Source: Escherichia coli
Lineage (GTDB): Bacteria; Pseudomonadota; Gammaproteobacteria; Enterobacterales; Enterobacteriaceae
Direction: 5' to 3' (one strand)
DNA length: 3,141 nt
Assembly (NCBI RefSeq): GCF_003334815.1
Contig: NZ_QOWO01000084.1
Below are positions 1 through 3,141 of this stretch, piece by piece. The notes under the pieces are model-generated. The model saw nothing but the letters and a program-made list of their open reading frames with translations. It had not been told where the DNA came from and ran no database searches. The stretch's first letter is position 1; every line of letters begins with the position of its first letter. Both the position numbers and the translations under genes were made by a program.

Positions 1-5
1 ATTTG

Positions 6-125
6 ATGCCTGGCAGTTCCCTACTCTCGCATGGGGAGACCCCACACTACCATCGGCGCTACGGCGTTTCACTTCTGAGTTCGGCATGGGGTCAGGTGGG
101 ACCACCGCGCTACTGCCGCCAGGCA
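6..125 (-). rRNA. rrf: 5S ribosomal RNA, complete (120 nt)
   Basis: Reverse complement of 6..125 reads TGCCTGGCGGCAGTAGCGCGGTGGTCCCACCTGACCCCATGCCGAACTCAGAAGTGAAACGCCGTAGCGCCGATGGTAGTGTGGGGTCTCCCCATGCGAGAGTAGGGAACTGCCAGGCAT, which matches the canonical E. coli 5S rRNA as I recall it. It sits in the expected position downstream of the 23S gene. Confidence 0.96.
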
Positions 126-217
126 AATTCTGTTTTATCAGACCGCTTCTGCGTTCTGATTTAATCTGTATCAGGCTGAAAATCTTCTCTCATCCGCCAA
201 AACAGCTTCGGCGTTGT
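126..217 (-). other. 23S-5S internal transcribed spacer (part of the rRNA primary transcript)
   Basis: A 92-nt segment between the 23S 3' end and the 5S 5' end. Its reverse complement begins ACAACGCCGAAGCTGTTTTGGCGGATGAGAGAAGATTTTCAGCCTGATACAG..., matching the E. coli rrn 23S-5S spacer as I recall it. It contains the 3' half of the 23S processing stem. Confidence 0.85.

Positions 218-227
<10 letters not shown>
206..227 (-). promoter_or_regulatory. 3' strand of the pre-23S processing stem (helix 1 plus trailer; RNase III substrate in E. coli)
   Basis: On the RNA, 23S 2895-2904 plus the trailer (GCUUAACCUU-ACAACGCCGAAG) pairs with the leader plus 23S 1-8 (CUUCGGGUUGUGA-GGUUAAGC) encoded at 3114..3134. 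This gives about 21 bp with one bulged G. The complementarity is read directly from the sequence; the RNase III assignment comes from established E. coli rRNA maturation. Confidence 0.75.
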
Positions 228-3113
<2,886 letters not shown>

Positions 3114-3121
<8 letters not shown>

Positions 3122-3134
3122 TCACAACCCGAAG
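3114..3134 (-). promoter_or_regulatory. 5' strand of the pre-23S processing stem (leader plus helix 1)
   Basis: Partner of 206..227 (see that entry). Complementarity was verified by hand across the roughly 2.9 kb separation. Confidence 0.75.
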
Positions 3135-3141
3135 ATGTTTC
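3122..3141 (-). other. 3' end of the 16S-23S internal transcribed spacer (5' leader of 23S)
   Basis: The reverse complement reads GAAACATCTTCGGGTTGTGA immediately upstream of the mature 23S 5' end. This matches the E. coli pre-23S leader and is complementary to the 3' trailer at 206..217. Confidence 0.8.

Noticed and set aside
1-5. Start of a terminator or distal gene downstream of 5S.
   Set aside because: Only 5 nt (ATTTG) are in the window, which is insufficient to call any feature.
126-217. Possibility of a small RNA, tRNA or promoter in the 23S-5S spacer.
   Set aside because: The spacer is only 92 nt, too short to hold a tRNA as well as the processing sequences, and shows no cloverleaf-compatible pattern. 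It matches the known tRNA-free E. coli 23S-5S spacer as I recall it.

Overview
The whole window is the distal part of a bacterial rRNA operon, read on the minus strand: a complete 23S rRNA gene (218..3121, 2904 nt), a 92-nt 23S-5S spacer (126..217) and a complete 5S rRNA gene (6..125, 120 nt). It also holds the last 20 nt of the 16S-23S spacer (3122..3141) and 5 nt downstream of 5S (1..5). The sequence matches Escherichia coli/Shigella rrl and rrf as I recall them, and at least 15 well-known 23S residues fall exactly at their E. coli-numbered positions (for example m1G745, A1067, A2058/A2059, A2451, G2576, A2660). The 23S is therefore colinear with E. coli, with no intervening sequences or insertions. 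All ten ORFs in the supplied track lie on the plus strand, antisense to rRNA, and I judge them to be spurious. I find no protein-coding gene, mobile element, CRISPR array or novel system here; this is an ordinary, highly conserved, multi-copy housekeeping locus. Residue-level identity claims rest on my recall of the E. coli reference and should be confirmed by alignment.
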